DNA of 62,058 nucleotides, the filler included. It is 7 parts of 7 records of this genome, joined end to end, with 100 filler letters (N's around TTAATTAATTAA, not from the genome) between each part and the next. Parts side by side here need not be neighbours in the genome. Positions count along the whole stretch, not along the records: positions 23,532 to 33,395 come from SRR31147125_74422; positions 33,496 to 41,700 come from SRR31147125_74473; 5 more parts are not named here. One strand, written 5' to 3'. A model generated the notes under the pieces. The model ran no database searches and had not been told where the DNA came from. It saw only the letters and a list, made by a program, of their open reading frames with translations. Shown piece after piece: positions 29,423 through 40,694 of the stretch (position 1 is the first letter of the stretch; every line of letters begins with the position of its first letter). The translations under genes and the position numbers were made by a program.

Positions 29423-29794
29423 ATGGTAGAAAAACAAGAAGTGCAAACAGATCAATTGCTATTAGCAATATTAGACGGGATTATTGATAAAAAGGGGAAG
29501 GATATTGTAAATATTGATTTATCAAAAGTAGAAAACGCAGTCTGCCAAAATTTCATAATTTGTCATGGTGATTCAAATACCCAGGTTGATGCAATTGCTG
29601 ATAACGTGGTAAAAGAAGTTTCTGAAAAATTAAAAACAAGGGTATCGCACAAAGAAGGACTGGAAAACTGTCAATGGGTTTTGCTAGACTACTTTGATGT
29701 AATAGTTCACATTTTTCAGAAAGAATATAGAGATTATTATAAATTAGAAGAACTTTGGGCAGATGCTCAGGTTGTATCTATTGATTCAGAATAA
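29423..29794 (+). CDS. rsfS: Ribosome silencing factor
   Basis: DKKG.DI, QVDAI, WVLLDY.DVIVHIF, R.YY.LEELW. Confidence 0.95.
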   Translation: MVEKQEVQTDQLLLAILDGIIDKKGKDIVNIDLSKVENAVCQNFIICHGDSNTQVDAIADNVVKEVSEKLKTRVSHKEGLENCQWVLLDYFDVIVHIFQKEYRDYYKLEELWADAQVVSIDSE

Positions 29795-29808
29795 AATAAC
29801 AATTACGA

Positions 29809-31914
29809 ATGGAAGACAACAATAATAAAAGTAATTCAAACGGTAATAAAATAAATCCCGGACAAGGGAACAACAACAATAAAACCCAACCGAATAAGCC
29901 CAAATTCAATGCTTATTGGATATATGGACTAATAGCTGTTGCCATACTTGCAATTCAATTTATGAGCTTTGGTACTAAACCAATTGAAATTCACGAGAAT
30001 AGGTTTATTAACGACATGCTAATCCCTGGTGATGTTAAAAGAATTGTTGTTGTTGAAAACGAAAAAATAGTTGAGGTTTATATTAAGCCCGAAAGACTTG
30101 AGTCTGCTAAATATAACGATGTTAGAGAAAGAAGCAAAAATAACATTACCCGTTCTGCTCCCCATTATCAGTTTGGAATTCTTTCTGTTGCCGAATTCGA
30201 AAAACGTTTTGAAGAAGCACGCAAAGAATTACCCGAGGGCGAATCTGTTATTGCAAAAAGTGAAAACAGACCTGATGTAGTAGGTGGTATTCTAAGTTGG
30301 GTTGTTCCATTTTTATTACTTGCCGTAATCTGGATATTTATATTCCGCAGAATGAGTGGCGGTGGCGGTGGTGCCGGAGGCGGTGCAAACATCTTCAACG
30401 TAGGAAAATCTAAAGCAAAACTATTCGATAAAGAATCGAATGTGAAAATTGATTTTAAAGATGTTGCCGGGCTTGAAGAAGCAAAAGTAGAAATCAAAGA
30501 AATTGTAGATTTTCTTAAAAACCCTAAAAAATATACTGACCTGGGAGGAAAAATCCCAAAAGGAGCCTTGTTAATTGGCCCTCCGGGTACTGGTAAAACC
30601 CTATTAGCTAAGGCGGTTGCGGGAGAAGCACATGTTCCTTTCTTTTCAATGTCTGGTTCTGACTTTGTTGAAATGTTCGTTGGTGTTGGAGCCTCTCGTG
30701 TTAGGGATTTATTTAAGCAAGCTAAAGAAAAAGCTCCTTGTATCGTATTTATTGATGAGATTGACGCCATTGGACGTGCAAGAGGAAAAAATCCAAACAT
30801 GGGCGCTAATGACGAAAGAGAAAACACCCTTAACCAACTCCTTACCGAGATGGATGGTTTTGGAACAAATAACGGGGTAATTATCCTGGCTGCCACAAAC
30901 CGTGCTGATATTCTAGACAGGGCGTTAATGAGAGCTGGTAGATTTGATCGCCAGATTCATGTTGAATTACCCGATATAAATGAAAGAGAACAAATCTTTA
31001 AAGTACACCTAAAGCCATTAAAGATTGACAAATCGCTTGATTTAAGTTTCCTTTCGAAACAAACGCCCGGCTTCTCTGGTGCAGACATTGCAAACGTTTG
31101 TAATGAAGCAGCACTTATTGCAGCAAGAAAAGACAAAAAAGTTGTTGAACGTCAAGATTTCCTTGATGCTGTTGATAGGATAATTGGTGGTCTGGAACGA
31201 AAAAATAAAATTATTACATTACAAGAAAAGAAAACAATTGCTTATCACGAAGCAGGGCATGCTACAGTAAGCTGGTTGCTTGAGCATGCAAATCCATTGG
31301 TAAAGGTAACAATTATCCCTCGGGGAAGAGCGCTTGGAGCTGCATGGTATTTACCTGAAGAACGTCAGATTACTACCAGGGACCAACTTCTTGATGAAAT
31401 GTGTTCTGCACTTGGAGGAAGAGCTGCAGAAGATATAATTTTTGGAAAAACATCTACTGGTGCTTTAAATGATCTGGAAAGAGTTACAAAACAAGCATTT
31501 GCAATGGTTACTTACTATGGATTAAGTGATAAAGTTGGAAATGTTAGTTATTATGATTCAACCGGACAAAGTGAATACTCATTCCAAAAACCATATAGTG
31601 AAAAAAGAGCCCAGACAATTGATGATGAGATCAGCGGTATTGTTGAGGAACAATTTAGCAGGGCTAAAAATGTATTAACTGATAATAAAGAAGGCTTAGT
31701 TAAGTTAGCAGAACTTTTATTAGAAAAAGAAGTTATCTTTAGTGAAGATCTTGAAACAATTTTCGGTAAAAGAAAAAAAGATGAAGAAGAAGAACTTTCA
31801 ACCAAAAAATTAGTAAACGTTGCTACTAATGGTGAAGAGGGCGATTCTAAGTCAAAGGCAGAAAATACTGAAAGTTCGAACGAGGAAAATACTAAAGAAG
31901 AACAAAACAGTTAA
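29809..31914 (+). CDS. ftsH: ATP-dependent zinc metalloprotease FtsH
   Basis: Two TMs, GPPGTGKT, FIDEID, NQLLTEMDGF, AYHEAGH. Confidence 0.97.
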   Translation: MEDNNNKSNSNGNKINPGQGNNNNKTQPNKPKFNAYWIYGLIAVAILAIQFMSFGTKPIEIHENRFINDMLIPGDVKRIVVVENEKIVEVYIKPERLESAKYNDVRERSKNNITRSAPHYQFGILSVAEFEKRFEEARKELPEGESVIAKSENRPDVVGGILSWVVPFLLLAVIWIFIFRRMSGGGGGAGGGANIFNVGKSKAKLFDKESNVKIDFKDVAGLEEAKVEIKEIVDFLKNPKKYTDLGGKIPKGALLIGPPGTGKTLLAKAVAGEAHVPFFSMSGSDFVEMFVGVGASRVRDLFKQAKEKAPCIVFIDEIDAIGRARGKNPNMGANDERENTLNQLLTEMDGFGTNNGVIILAATNRADILDRALMRAGRFDRQIHVELPDINEREQIFKVHLKPLKIDKSLDLSFLSKQTPGFSGADIANVCNEAALIAARKDKKVVERQDFLDAVDRIIGGLERKNKIITLQEKKTIAYHEAGHATVSWLLEHANPLVKVTIIPRGRALGAAWYLPEERQITTRDQLLDEMCSALGGRAAEDIIFGKTSTGALNDLERVTKQAFAMVTYYGLSDKVGNVSYYDSTGQSEYSFQKPYSEKRAQTIDDEISGIVEEQFSRAKNVLTDNKEGLVKLAELLLEKEVIFSEDLETIFGKRKKDEEEELSTKKLVNVATNGEEGDSKSKAENTESSNEENTKEEQNS

Positions 31915-31917
31915 TGA

Positions 31918-32124
31918 ATGAACAAAGATTGGGTAGCAATATTTCATACTACTCAACACTATAAGGCTGTTATCGCTAGCCAAATTTTAGATGAGAATGA
32001 TATTGAATCAGTAATATTCAATAAAGGAGATTCTTCTTACAATGCATTTGGTTATATTGAATTATGTGTAAGGAGAGATAACGTTATTAAGGCAAAATTA
32101 CTAATTAAAAATATTGAAAATTGA
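31918..32124 (+). CDS. DUF2007-like small protein
   Basis: W..IF...Y.A......L.EN.I.SV..NK.DS.Y..FG.IEL.V; sits between ftsH and cdsA. Confidence 0.7.
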   Translation: MNKDWVAIFHTTQHYKAVIASQILDENDIESVIFNKGDSSYNAFGYIELCVRRDNVIKAKLLIKNIEN

Positions 32125-32168
32125 GGCTATGAGAATATAATATTCCAGCCTCAATTAACATTTAATGA

Positions 32169-32990
32169 ATGAAGAACCTCGTATTTAGAACTATCAGTGG
32201 AATTGTATATGTTACTGCAATTATTTTCAGTTTAGTATTTCATAAATATTCGTTTTCAGTTCTTTTTATTTTTCTCTCTTCTGTAATGATTTTGGAATTA
32301 TCCAGAGCTTTTAACACACTTTCAGGAATAAAAATTTCCAGTGTTGGACTTGTTATTCAAAATATAATAGTATTCCTTTCCTTCTTTTTTGCATTAAATT
32401 CTAAAACATATACATATTTATATTTTATAATCATCCCAATTCTGGCAATACCACTATTTGAGATGATAAAAGGCAAAGAAAACCCTATTCTTAATGGTGC
32501 ACTTTCATTTTTCATTTTAATATATATAGGATTGCCTTTTGGATTATCAAATACAATTGTATTCGCAAATAACTCTACTTACTCATACGAGATATTATTA
32601 AGTATTTTTATTCTTAACTGGTCTAATGACACATTTGCCTATATTACAGGCATATCATTTGGCAAGCATAAACTCTTTGAAAGAATTTCTCCGAACAAGA
32701 GTTGGGAAGGATTTATTGGTGGAGGAATTTTTTCAATTATTGCAGCCATCATACTTAGTAAATTCTTTGATTCGTTGCCCGTACAATATTGGATAATAAT
32801 TGCCATAATAGTAACCATTTTTGGCACTTTTGGAGATTTGGTGGAATCTATGCTGAAAAGACAACTAAAATTGAAAGATATTGGTAATATTATGCCCGGC
32901 CATGGTGGATTACTAGATAGAAATGATTCATTTCTATTTGTGGTTCCAGTTGTGTGTTTATTTCTGCAAATAATAAAACTGATACAATAA
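32169..32990 (+). CDS. cdsA: Phosphatidate cytidylyltransferase
   Basis: NDTFAY..G..FGKH, ISPNKSWEG, GDLVESMLKR, PGHGGLLDR. Confidence 0.95.
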   Translation: MKNLVFRTISGIVYVTAIIFSLVFHKYSFSVLFIFLSSVMILELSRAFNTLSGIKISSVGLVIQNIIVFLSFFFALNSKTYTYLYFIIIPILAIPLFEMIKGKENPILNGALSFFILIYIGLPFGLSNTIVFANNSTYSYEILLSIFILNWSNDTFAYITGISFGKHKLFERISPNKSWEGFIGGGIFSIIAAIILSKFFDSLPVQYWIIIAIIVTIFGTFGDLVESMLKRQLKLKDIGNIMPGHGGLLDRNDSFLFVVPVVCLFLQIIKLIQ

Positions 32991-33003
32991 AAATCCAAAA
33001 TCG

Positions 33004-33395
33004 ATGAAAATTCATAAAGAAGGATATACTTTAATCATTGCATTTTTAGCGGCTCTTCTGTCGTTAAACTTATTTTTGTTTTATGTGATTAACAATCTCA
33101 TCATCATTAAAATATTTCTTGCTCTTGTATCAGTAACTTTTTGGGGATTTATACTTTGGTTTTTTAGAATACCAAAAAGGGATGCAATTATTGATGAGAA
33201 TGCAATAATTTCTCCAGCCGATGGAGATATTGTTGTCATAGAAGAAACGAAAGAACCCGAATATTTCAAAGATAAGCGTATCCAGGTGTCCATCTTTATG
33301 AGTCCATTAAATGTGCACTCTAACTTGTATCCTGTTTCAGGAAAAGTGGCATATACAAAATATCATCCTGGCAAATATCTTGTTGCGTGGCATCC
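33004..33395 (+). CDS. psd: Phosphatidylserine decarboxylase family protein, 3'-truncated
   Basis: HKEG, FFR.P, SPADG, SIFMSPLNVH. Confidence 0.9.
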
Positions 33396-33495
33396 NNNNN
33401 NNNNNNNNNNNNNNNNNNNNNNNNNNNNNNNNNNNNNNNTTAATTAATTAANNNNNNNNNNNNNNNNNNNNNNNNNNNNNNNNNNNNNNNNNNNN
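33396..33495. other. Artificial contig spacer
   Basis: N-run with TTAATTAATTAA. Confidence 0.99.
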
Positions 33496-34353
33496 CGCCT
33501 CCTGCTCGACCGCATCATGAAGAACATAGAAGCCAAATCGGCCTCACGACTGCTCTATAGATTTTCCATGACACGTAAGATTGTCACCAGCAAGGTTCAG
33601 GAAGCTGTTGGCCAGCAGACAACCTTTGTCAGTGGAGGCGCCGCCCTTGACCCTGCTGTCGCTCAAGGGTTTAAAAATCTTGGGCTGAACCTACTGCAGG
33701 GCTACGGCATTACCGAGACCTCTCCTGTCATCTCTGCTGAGAGCCCGTTCAAAAACAAAGCGGGGACGGTTGGTGAAGTGCTTGATGATGTTGAGGTTAA
33801 AATTGACAACCCGAACAGGGATGGAGAGGGAGAGATCCTTGTCAAGGGGCCGAATGTCATGCTCGGCTATTATAAGAATGAGAAAGCAACCAAAGAAGTC
33901 CTTCATGATGGCTGGTATCGGACCGGAGACCTGGGCCGTCTCGACTCTGAGGGCTTGCTCTCGATCTGTGGTCGAGTCAAGAACCTGATCGTCACTCCGA
34001 ACGGTAAAAATGTCTATCCCGAAGAGATTGAGAATCAGCTACTGAAGAGTCCTTATATTGCCGAAATCATGGTGTATGGACATAAGGTCAGCGCAACGGC
34101 GGAAGAAGTTTATGCGGTCATTTTCCCGAATGATGAAGAGCTTTTTGCTCTGGAAAAAAACCGTGAAGACAAACCGTTGACGGCCGATGACATTGAAGAA
34201 ATCATCCGCAAAGATGTCCTCACTTTTGGCAAGGATCTGGCTGACTACAAGAGGGTAAAAAAGTTCACTTTAAGACAGGATGAATTTCCGAAAACGACGA
34301 CACGAAAGATCAAACGCTATATCGTTGAACCTGAAATCTCAACTCACCGTTAG
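33496..34353 (+). CDS. Long-chain acyl-CoA synthetase (AMP-binding), C-terminal part
   Basis: SGGAAL, QGYGITET, GPNVMLGYY, TGDLG, GRVKN, KNVYPEEIE, PKTTTRKIKR. Confidence 0.9.
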   Translation, partial: RLLLDRIMKNIEAKSASRLLYRFSMTRKIVTSKVQEAVGQQTTFVSGGAALDPAVAQGFKNLGLNLLQGYGITETSPVISAESPFKNKAGTVGEVLDDVEVKIDNPNRDGEGEILVKGPNVMLGYYKNEKATKEVLHDGWYRTGDLGRLDSEGLLSICGRVKNLIVTPNGKNVYPEEIENQLLKSPYIAEIMVYGHKVSATAEEVYAVIFPNDEELFALEKNREDKPLTADDIEEIIRKDVLTFGKDLADYKRVKKFTLRQDEFPKTTTRKIKRYIVEPEISTHR

Positions 34354-34354
34354 C

Positions 34355-34390
34355 AAAAAGGCGCTGCCTGAAAATCAGGGAGCGCCTTTT
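34355..34390. terminator. Bidirectional rho-independent terminator
   Basis: AAAAAGGCGCT-GCCTGA-AAA-TCAGGG-AGCGCCTTTT between convergent genes. Confidence 0.8.
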
Positions 34391-34413
34391 GACAATTTCG
34401 ATTATATTCTGGG

Positions 34414-35724
34414 TCAGCCGAGATCATTTTCGACCCGGATCAGACAGGTCGGCTGAGTCACAATATCCAGTGCTTCAATCTCCTGCAGAGCCAGCGTCAC
34501 ATCGGCCTCTTTAGCAGCATGTGTCATCAACACAATCGGTACGGAGTCGAGCTCATGCCGCTCTGGCTGCAACATCGATTGAATGCTGATATTGTGCTGT
34601 CCGAGACATCCTGAAATAGCCGCCAGGACACCGGGTCTGTCAACGGTCGTAAACCTCAGGTAATAGTGGCTGACAATCTCGCTCATATTCTTGATCGGCA
34701 GCGACTTGATCATCTCAGAGCAGGTCCCCATAATCGGAACACGAGGCTTCGCTCCGGAAATACGATCACGCCCGATTGCCATCACATCACCCATCACAGC
34801 ACTGGCGGTCGCGTCCATCCCGGCCCCGCTTCCGTACAACATTGTCGGGCCGACAAAATCACCTGTCAGACGAACAGCGTTGAAAACGCCATCAACTTCG
34901 GCCAGCTGGTAGGTATTCGGAATCATGGTCGGGTGAACACGCACCTCAATCTGATCGTTGTGATTCTTCCCGATCGCCAGTAGCTTGATCTTATATCCCA
35001 TCTGCTGTGCAAAACGGATATCGATCGCCGATATTTTGGTGATCCCCTCCATGTAAACTTGATCAAAATCAACGGAGGTCCCGAAACAGAGTGCTGACAG
35101 CAAGGCGATCTTGTGCGCTGTATCAACCCCTTCAATATCAAACGTCGGATCGGCCTCAGCATAACCCAGGTCCTGAGCTTCTTTGAGGACCGGAGCAAAG
35201 TCGCTGCCCTCTTCCGTCATCTTGGTCAGGATAAAGTTACAGGTTCCATTCAGAATGCCGAGAACCGAGCTGAATTCATTAGCACAAAGGTTCTCCTTGA
35301 TCGCCGAAATAATCGGAATGCCACCGCCGACAGCGGCCTCAAACATAACCGCGACATTGTTCCTGTTAGCGGCTTCCAGAATTTCTTCGCCATGAACGGC
35401 CATCAGCGCCTTGTTCGCTGTAACGATATGTTTTCCCTGTTCGATGGCTTCCAGAATAAAATTTTTCGCCGGTTCATAACCACCGATCAATTCTACAACG
35501 ATATCGATATCCGGGTTGCATGTGACATCCTTGACGTTTGTCGTCAGAAGTTCCGGCTCAACCTGCACACCGCGGTCGGTCGTGATATCAAGATCTGCAA
35601 TTTTCAGCAATTTCAAGTCATGACATAAACGCTTGCGGATGATCTCAGCGTTGTTTTGAATAATTCTGACAACCCCAGTTCCGATAGTTCCGAAACCGAG
35701 CAAACCTACATTGATAGAGTCCAT
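34414..35724 (-). CDS. hom: Homoserine dehydrogenase (with ACT domain)
   Basis: GFGTIG, VTANK, FEAAVGGGIP, NGTCN, GYAEADP, DRPGVLA. Confidence 0.96.
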   Translation of the reverse strand: MDSINVGLLGFGTIGTGVVRIIQNNAEIIRKRLCHDLKLLKIADLDITTDRGVQVEPELLTTNVKDVTCNPDIDIVVELIGGYEPAKNFILEAIEQGKHIVTANKALMAVHGEEILEAANRNNVAVMFEAAVGGGIPIISAIKENLCANEFSSVLGILNGTCNFILTKMTEEGSDFAPVLKEAQDLGYAEADPTFDIEGVDTAHKIALLSALCFGTSVDFDQVYMEGITKISAIDIRFAQQMGYKIKLLAIGKNHNDQIEVRVHPTMIPNTYQLAEVDGVFNAVRLTGDFVGPTMLYGSGAGMDATASAVMGDVMAIGRDRISGAKPRVPIMGTCSEMIKSLPIKNMSEIVSHYYLRFTTVDRPGVLAAISGCLGQHNISIQSMLQPERHELDSVPIVLMTHAAKEADVTLALQEIEALDIVTQPTCLIRVENDLG

Positions 35725-35753
35725 AGTAACCTCAAATAAATAATCAGATGGTA

Positions 35754-36226
35754 TCAGCGACTTTCTTCAGATGAAGACTGCGCAATCTTGTCAAGCAACC
35801 CATTGATAAAGGAAGGCGATTCCTTCGTCCCGTAACGCTTGGCGATCTCAATTGCTTCATTAATCGACACGCTGGCAGGGATATCGGGACAGTAGAGCAG
35901 TTCATACGTCCCGACACGAAGGATCGACAGATCCACGGGGGGCATACGCTCAATCGACCAATTTTTTGCAACACCGACGATTTTTTGGTCAAGCGTTGGA
36001 CAGAATTCAACAACTCCCTTCACCAGCATTTCAGCAAAAAGCGGGAAGCTGTCGGGAGCGGTGTATCCGAAGATTCCAGCGGCTCCCCAAGCGCGTCGTC
36101 CGCAAATCTGAACGATCCCCAGAAGGAGGCGAACAGGCGATCAAGGTCTACCTGTTGAGCATCAAGTTTACAGGCGAACAGCATTTTCAACGCACATTCG
36201 CGACCAATGCGTCGGTTATTCGCCAT
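35754..36226 (-). CDS. nusB: Transcription antitermination factor NusB; frameshift at about 36036-36040
   Basis: RRIGRE.AL in ORF 36020-36226; NWSIERM, INEAIEIAKRYG, FINGLLD in ORF 35754-36029. Confidence 0.9.
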
Positions 36227-36229
36227 CAG

Positions 36230-36694
36230 CTATACAGCTCCCAGCAGGTTAACCATTTCAATGGCACTCATGGTTGCTTCAACACCTTTATTGCCAGCCT
36301 TAGTCCCTGCTCTTTCAATCGCCTGCTCAACGGAATCAGTCGTCAGAACACCGAAAGCGACTGGCAGACCTGCGTCAAGAGAGACATGGGCAATACCTTT
36401 CGTCACCTCAGCACAGACATATTCAAAATGCGGCGTCCCACCTCTGATAACAGCACCCAGACAGATGACCGCATCAAACTTACCGGAGCCAGCCATTTTC
36501 TTGGCCATCAGGGGAATCTCAAACGCCCCCGGAACTTTGACAATCTGAACAGAGTCCTTGTCAGCTCCATGTCGTGTCAGCGTATCAAGCGCACCTTCAA
36601 GGAGCCTGTCTGAGATAAAGCTGTTAAAGCGGCTGACGATAATTCCAAAGCGATAACCTTTGGCATCAAGATTCCCTTCAATTACACTCGGCAT
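36230..36694 (-). CDS. ribH: 6,7-dimethyl-8-ribityllumazine synthase
   Basis: [31 protein letters not shown]. Confidence 0.97.
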   Translation of the reverse strand: MPSVIEGNLDAKGYRFGIIVSRFNSFISDRLLEGALDTLTRHGADKDSVQIVKVPGAFEIPLMAKKMAGSGKFDAVICLGAVIRGGTPHFEYVCAEVTKGIAHVSLDAGLPVAFGVLTTDSVEQAIERAGTKAGNKGVEATMSAIEMVNLLGAV

Positions 36695-36711
36695 CATTGT
36701 CTCCTGTTCGT

Positions 36712-37917
36712 TTATATTCTTTCAAGCATGTGACCCATTTTTTCACGCTTGGTCTTCAGATATCTCTTGTTACTCTTCTGGGCATCCATCTCGATGGCGA
36801 CCCTTTCTACGATTTTAAGGCCATAACCTTCAAGACCGACAATTTTTTTCGGGTTGTTTGTCATCAGGCGCAGTTCTTTAACATTCAACTCGGACAGAAT
36901 CTGAGCACCCAGTCCATAGTCACGCAGGTCATCTTCAAATCCGAGAGCATGATTGGCCTCAACGGTGTCGTAACCTTCATCCTGAAGCGCATAAGCCTTG
37001 ATTTTGTTCACCAGCCCGATACCACGACCTTCCTGCCTCATATACAGAATAACGCCGCGGCCTTCTCGATCGATCTGGCTCATCGCTGCGTGCAACTGTT
37101 CCCCGCAATCACAACGTTCAGAGCCGAAGACATCGCCGGTTAAACATTCCGAATGGACACGAACCAAAGTCGGCTCATCGGGATTCAACTCACCTTTGAC
37201 AAGCGCAATATGCTGCGCATTATCAACGTCATTCTCGTAGACAATCGCTTTAAAATCCCCACCAAAAGGCGTCGGAATCTTGGTCTCGGCGGCACGTCGG
37301 ACCATCAGCTCTTTACGCATCCGATAAGCAACGATATCAGCAATCGAAATAATTTTCAGGTCATGCTTTTTAGCAAAAACCTCAAGCTGCGGCATACGGG
37401 ACATGGTCCCGTCTTCATTCATGACCTCACAGATGACTCCAGCAGGCTTCAGACCAGCCAGACGCGCCAGGTCCACAGACCCTTCGGTCTGCCCGGCGCG
37501 CACCATAACGCCGCCCTTCTTGGCCCGTAATGGGAAGATGTGACCGGGTCGGGCAAGGTCTCTTGCGGTTGTCTCATCAGCGACGGCAACCTGAACCGTA
37601 CGCGCTCTGTCAGCCGCAGAAATCCCGGTTGTGACGCCTTGGCGCGCTTCAATCGAAATGGTAAAGGCCGTTCCGAATGATGAGCTGTTATCACTGACCA
37701 TCAGCGGCAGGTCAAGTTCATCGGCCCGGGCTTCCGTCAAAGACAGACAGATTAAACCCCGGCCTTCCTTGGCCATAAAATTGATGATGTCGGCATCAAC
37801 AAACTCAGCAGCGGCGACAAGGTCACCTTCGTTTTCACGATCCTCGTCGTCGACAAGAATGACCATTTTCCCCTGGCGAATATCGTCCAGTGCAGCTTCT
37901 ATTTTTGCAATCGGCAT
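36712..37917 (-). CDS. ribBA: Bifunctional DHBP synthase/GTP cyclohydrolase II
   Basis: [45 protein letters not shown]. Confidence 0.97.
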   Translation of the reverse strand: MPIAKIEAALDDIRQGKMVILVDDEDRENEGDLVAAAEFVDADIINFMAKEGRGLICLSLTEARADELDLPLMVSDNSSSFGTAFTISIEARQGVTTGISAADRARTVQVAVADETTARDLARPGHIFPLRAKKGGVMVRAGQTEGSVDLARLAGLKPAGVICEVMNEDGTMSRMPQLEVFAKKHDLKIISIADIVAYRMRKELMVRRAAETKIPTPFGGDFKAIVYENDVDNAQHIALVKGELNPDEPTLVRVHSECLTGDVFGSERCDCGEQLHAAMSQIDREGRGVILYMRQEGRGIGLVNKIKAYALQDEGYDTVEANHALGFEDDLRDYGLGAQILSELNVKELRLMTNNPKKIVGLEGYGLKIVERVAIEMDAQKSNKRYLKTKREKMGHMLERI

Positions 37918-37957
37918 GTATCATGAACCTTTCTATATTTCTGGCTTCGGAGTTATC

Positions 37958-38595
37958 TCACAGAAATCCATTTTTAGCAAGGAAGTCCAGGTTGAGCCCC
38001 CGCCATCACTGGATTGTTGTGCACGCGAGACAAAGCGTTCCACGTAACGTCCGATCAGGTCTGTTTCTATATTGACGTGCGATCCGACACGGCAGTCTTT
38101 TAAGGTTGTCCGGTCGAGCGAGTGGGGAATAATGGCGACAGAAAAGCTGTCATGTTCAACGTGATTGACCGTCAGGCTGATGCCGTCAATAGCGACAGAG
38201 CCCTTCTCAACAATGTAACGCATGGCTTCAGGAGGCGTGGTGAACACCATCCTGACAGCATTCTGATCCTGCGCCCGTTTTTTCAGCGTTGCGATACAAT
38301 CGACATGACCGCTGACCAGATGCCCCCCGAGCCGGTCTGACAGGCGCAGCGCACGCTCAAGATTGACCTGATCTCTGACTTTCAACTGGCCCAGGGTCGT
38401 TCGCTGAAACGTTTCCGGCGAGACGTCAACAACAAAGGATTCGCTGGTCCAGGAAGTCACCGTCAGGCAGGTTCCATTAACCGCGATACTTTCTCCCAGT
38501 TGAAGGTCGGCACGTGCCATTTCACTCGCAATAACAAGTTGCCCACTGCCATGCGCTTTAATCGTTCCAAGAGACTCAATCAATCCTGTAAACAT
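37958..38595 (-). CDS. ribE: Riboflavin synthase; 3' frameshift at 37996-38000
   Basis: [50 protein letters not shown]; corrected end [12 protein letters not shown] at 37958. Confidence 0.95.
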
Positions 38596-39704
38596 GAATC
38601 AATCTCCCCAGTCATCAGAAAATCAGTTCCGACCTGTTCAAGCCGCTGATCCTTTAGTTTAATCGCCTCGGCCATCAATTCACAGGGTCTTCCATTAAAC
38701 ACCCCGTGAGCACTACGCCCACCGAGAAGCTTGGGGGCAACGAAGAACATGACCTGATCAATCAAACCCGCCTCGAGAGCAGCTGAAGCCAACGTCGGGC
38801 CACCTTCCAGTAATAACCTCTGAATGTTGCGCTGTCCGAGTAGACGCCACAGGTCGGGCAAAGAGACGTGACTATTCTGTTCCGGGACAACCAGCACATC
38901 TGCGCCAGACAGCCGCAACCGTTCAATGCGATCCTCATCGTTGGAAACGGTCGCAATCAATGTTCCGGCAGATGAGGACTGAGACAGCACACGACTCTGC
39001 GGCGGTGTTCTCAACCTGCTGTCAATGACGATTCTGAGCGGATCACGACAATCGTCATCGTCCAGCCGCGTATTCAGCAGCGGATCATCCGCAATCACCG
39101 TCTCAACTCCGACCATGATCGCGTCAACCCGATTGCGTAGCTGGTGGACACGATGACGGCTTTCAGCACAGGAAACCCAACGGGAATCACCACTGGCTGC
39201 AGCCGTATTCCCATCCAAAGTCATCGCACTTTTATAGATCGTGTAGGGCAAACCGGTCAGAATCTGTTTTTTAAACGGAGCGATCAACCGGCGACACTCC
39301 TCATCCAGCAGACCGACATGAACCGTAACACCTGCCGCTCGAAGCTTATCAACCCCCCGGCCAGCCACTTGCGGGTTCGGATCAGCGGCACCGACATAGA
39401 CCGTCTGAATACCGGCGGCGATAACCGCATCCGCGCAGGGTGGTGTTTTGCCAAAGTGGGAGCAGGGTTCCAGAGTGACATAAAGCGTTGCCCCATTGGA
39501 CAGATCACCCGCCTGTCTCAGAGCAAAAACTTCTGCATGAGGAGCCCCTGCTTCAGGGTGATACCCCTCTCCAACAAGCGCTCCCTGCTGAACAACCACA
39601 GCGCCCACCGGAGGATTCGGGGCTGTCCGGCCTTCACCCTTACGGGCCAATTCAATGGCCCGGCGCATCCATCTCTGATTCTCTTGATTACTCACCGACA
39701 TCAT
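38580..39704 (-). CDS. ribD: Bifunctional riboflavin deaminase/reductase
   Basis: PNPPVG, HAE, TLEPCSH.GKTPPC, K.AMTLDG, EGG. Confidence 0.96.
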   Translation of the reverse strand: MMSVSNQENQRWMRRAIELARKGEGRTAPNPPVGAVVVQQGALVGEGYHPEAGAPHAEVFALRQAGDLSNGATLYVTLEPCSHFGKTPPCADAVIAAGIQTVYVGAADPNPQVAGRGVDKLRAAGVTVHVGLLDEECRRLIAPFKKQILTGLPYTIYKSAMTLDGNTAAASGDSRWVSCAESRHRVHQLRNRVDAIMVGVETVIADDPLLNTRLDDDDCRDPLRIVIDSRLRTPPQSRVLSQSSSAGTLIATVSNDEDRIERLRLSGADVLVVPEQNSHVSLPDLWRLLGQRNIQRLLLEGGPTLASAALEAGLIDQVMFFVAPKLLGGRSAHGVFNGRPCELMAEAIKLKDQRLEQVGTDFLMTGEIDSCLQD

Positions 39705-39771
39705 CTTCGTGTGAAGCAAAAAACCGGAAGACCTTGCGGAATCCCGGTTCTGTTCAGATCGTCGAGCCGAA

Positions 39772-40230
39772 TCAGCTCGATTTCTTTAACAAGTCGTTCA
39801 ATTCCGACATGAATTCGTTGATATCCTTAAACTGCCTGTAAACGGATGCAAATCGGACGTATGCGACTTCGTCGGTTTCGTGGAGAGCTTCCATGACCGC
39901 TTTCCCGATCAGGCTGGCAGCAATTTCCTTGTCCCCACATTCCTGAAAACGGCGCTCCAATTGATCGACAAGAGCTTCAATCTGCTCCATGGAGACCGGT
40001 CTCTTCTCACAGGCACGCTGCATTCCGGACACGATTTTACCGCGATCAAACGCCTCCCGTCGGCCATCCTTCTTAATCACCCACGGGAGGATCTCTTCAA
40101 CCCGCTCATAGGTTGTAAAGCGGCGCTCACAAGAAGGGCACTCACGTCTTCTGCGAACATTGTTACCTTCCTTACCAAGGCGCGAATCGACAACACGCGT
40201 ATCGTCATGACCGCAAAACGGACAATTCAT
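39772..40230 (-). CDS. nrdR: Transcriptional repressor NrdR
   Basis: [33 protein letters not shown]. Confidence 0.97.
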   Translation of the reverse strand: MNCPFCGHDDTRVVDSRLGKEGNNVRRRRECPSCERRFTTYERVEEILPWVIKKDGRREAFDRGKIVSGMQRACEKRPVSMEQIEALVDQLERRFQECGDKEIAASLIGKAVMEALHETDEVAYVRFASVYRQFKDINEFMSELNDLLKKSS

Positions 40231-40685
40231 TCGTTGTCTCCTGCTTTAAACTGATGAAACTTGATTCCGGCCTCACCCAGCATTTCCAGAGACAGTTCGT
40301 CGGGATAACCGCGACCGTAAACAATCTCCTTGATGCTGGCATTAATCAGCATTTTGCTGCAAATAATACAGGGAGAATCGGTACAGTAAAGGGTCGATGA
40401 CGAGATATCAACACCATGACTGGCCGCCTGAATGATCGCATTCTGCTCCGCGTGTAAACCACGACACAGCTCATGCCGCTCGCCAGAGGGGACGTTCAAC
40501 TGTTCGCGCAGACAGCCGGTGACATCACAGTGAGTAATGCCACTCGGGACACCGTTGTAACCGGTTGCGAGGATATTCTTATCCTTGACCAGCAGCGCTC
40601 CGACCTGACGTCTGGTACAAGTCGACCTGGTTGCTACCAGTTGCGTAATCTGCATGAAATACTCGTCCCAACTTGGCCGTTTCAT
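40227..40685 (-). CDS. dCMP/cytidine deaminase family (ComEB-like)
   Basis: [31 protein letters not shown]. Confidence 0.92.
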   Translation of the reverse strand: MKRPSWDEYFMQITQLVATRSTCTRRQVGALLVKDKNILATGYNGVPSGITHCDVTGCLREQLNVPSGERHELCRGLHAEQNAIIQAASHGVDISSSTLYCTDSPCIICSKMLINASIKEIVYGRGYPDELSLEMLGEAGIKFHQFKAGDNE

Positions 40686-40694
40686 CAGCTCAGC

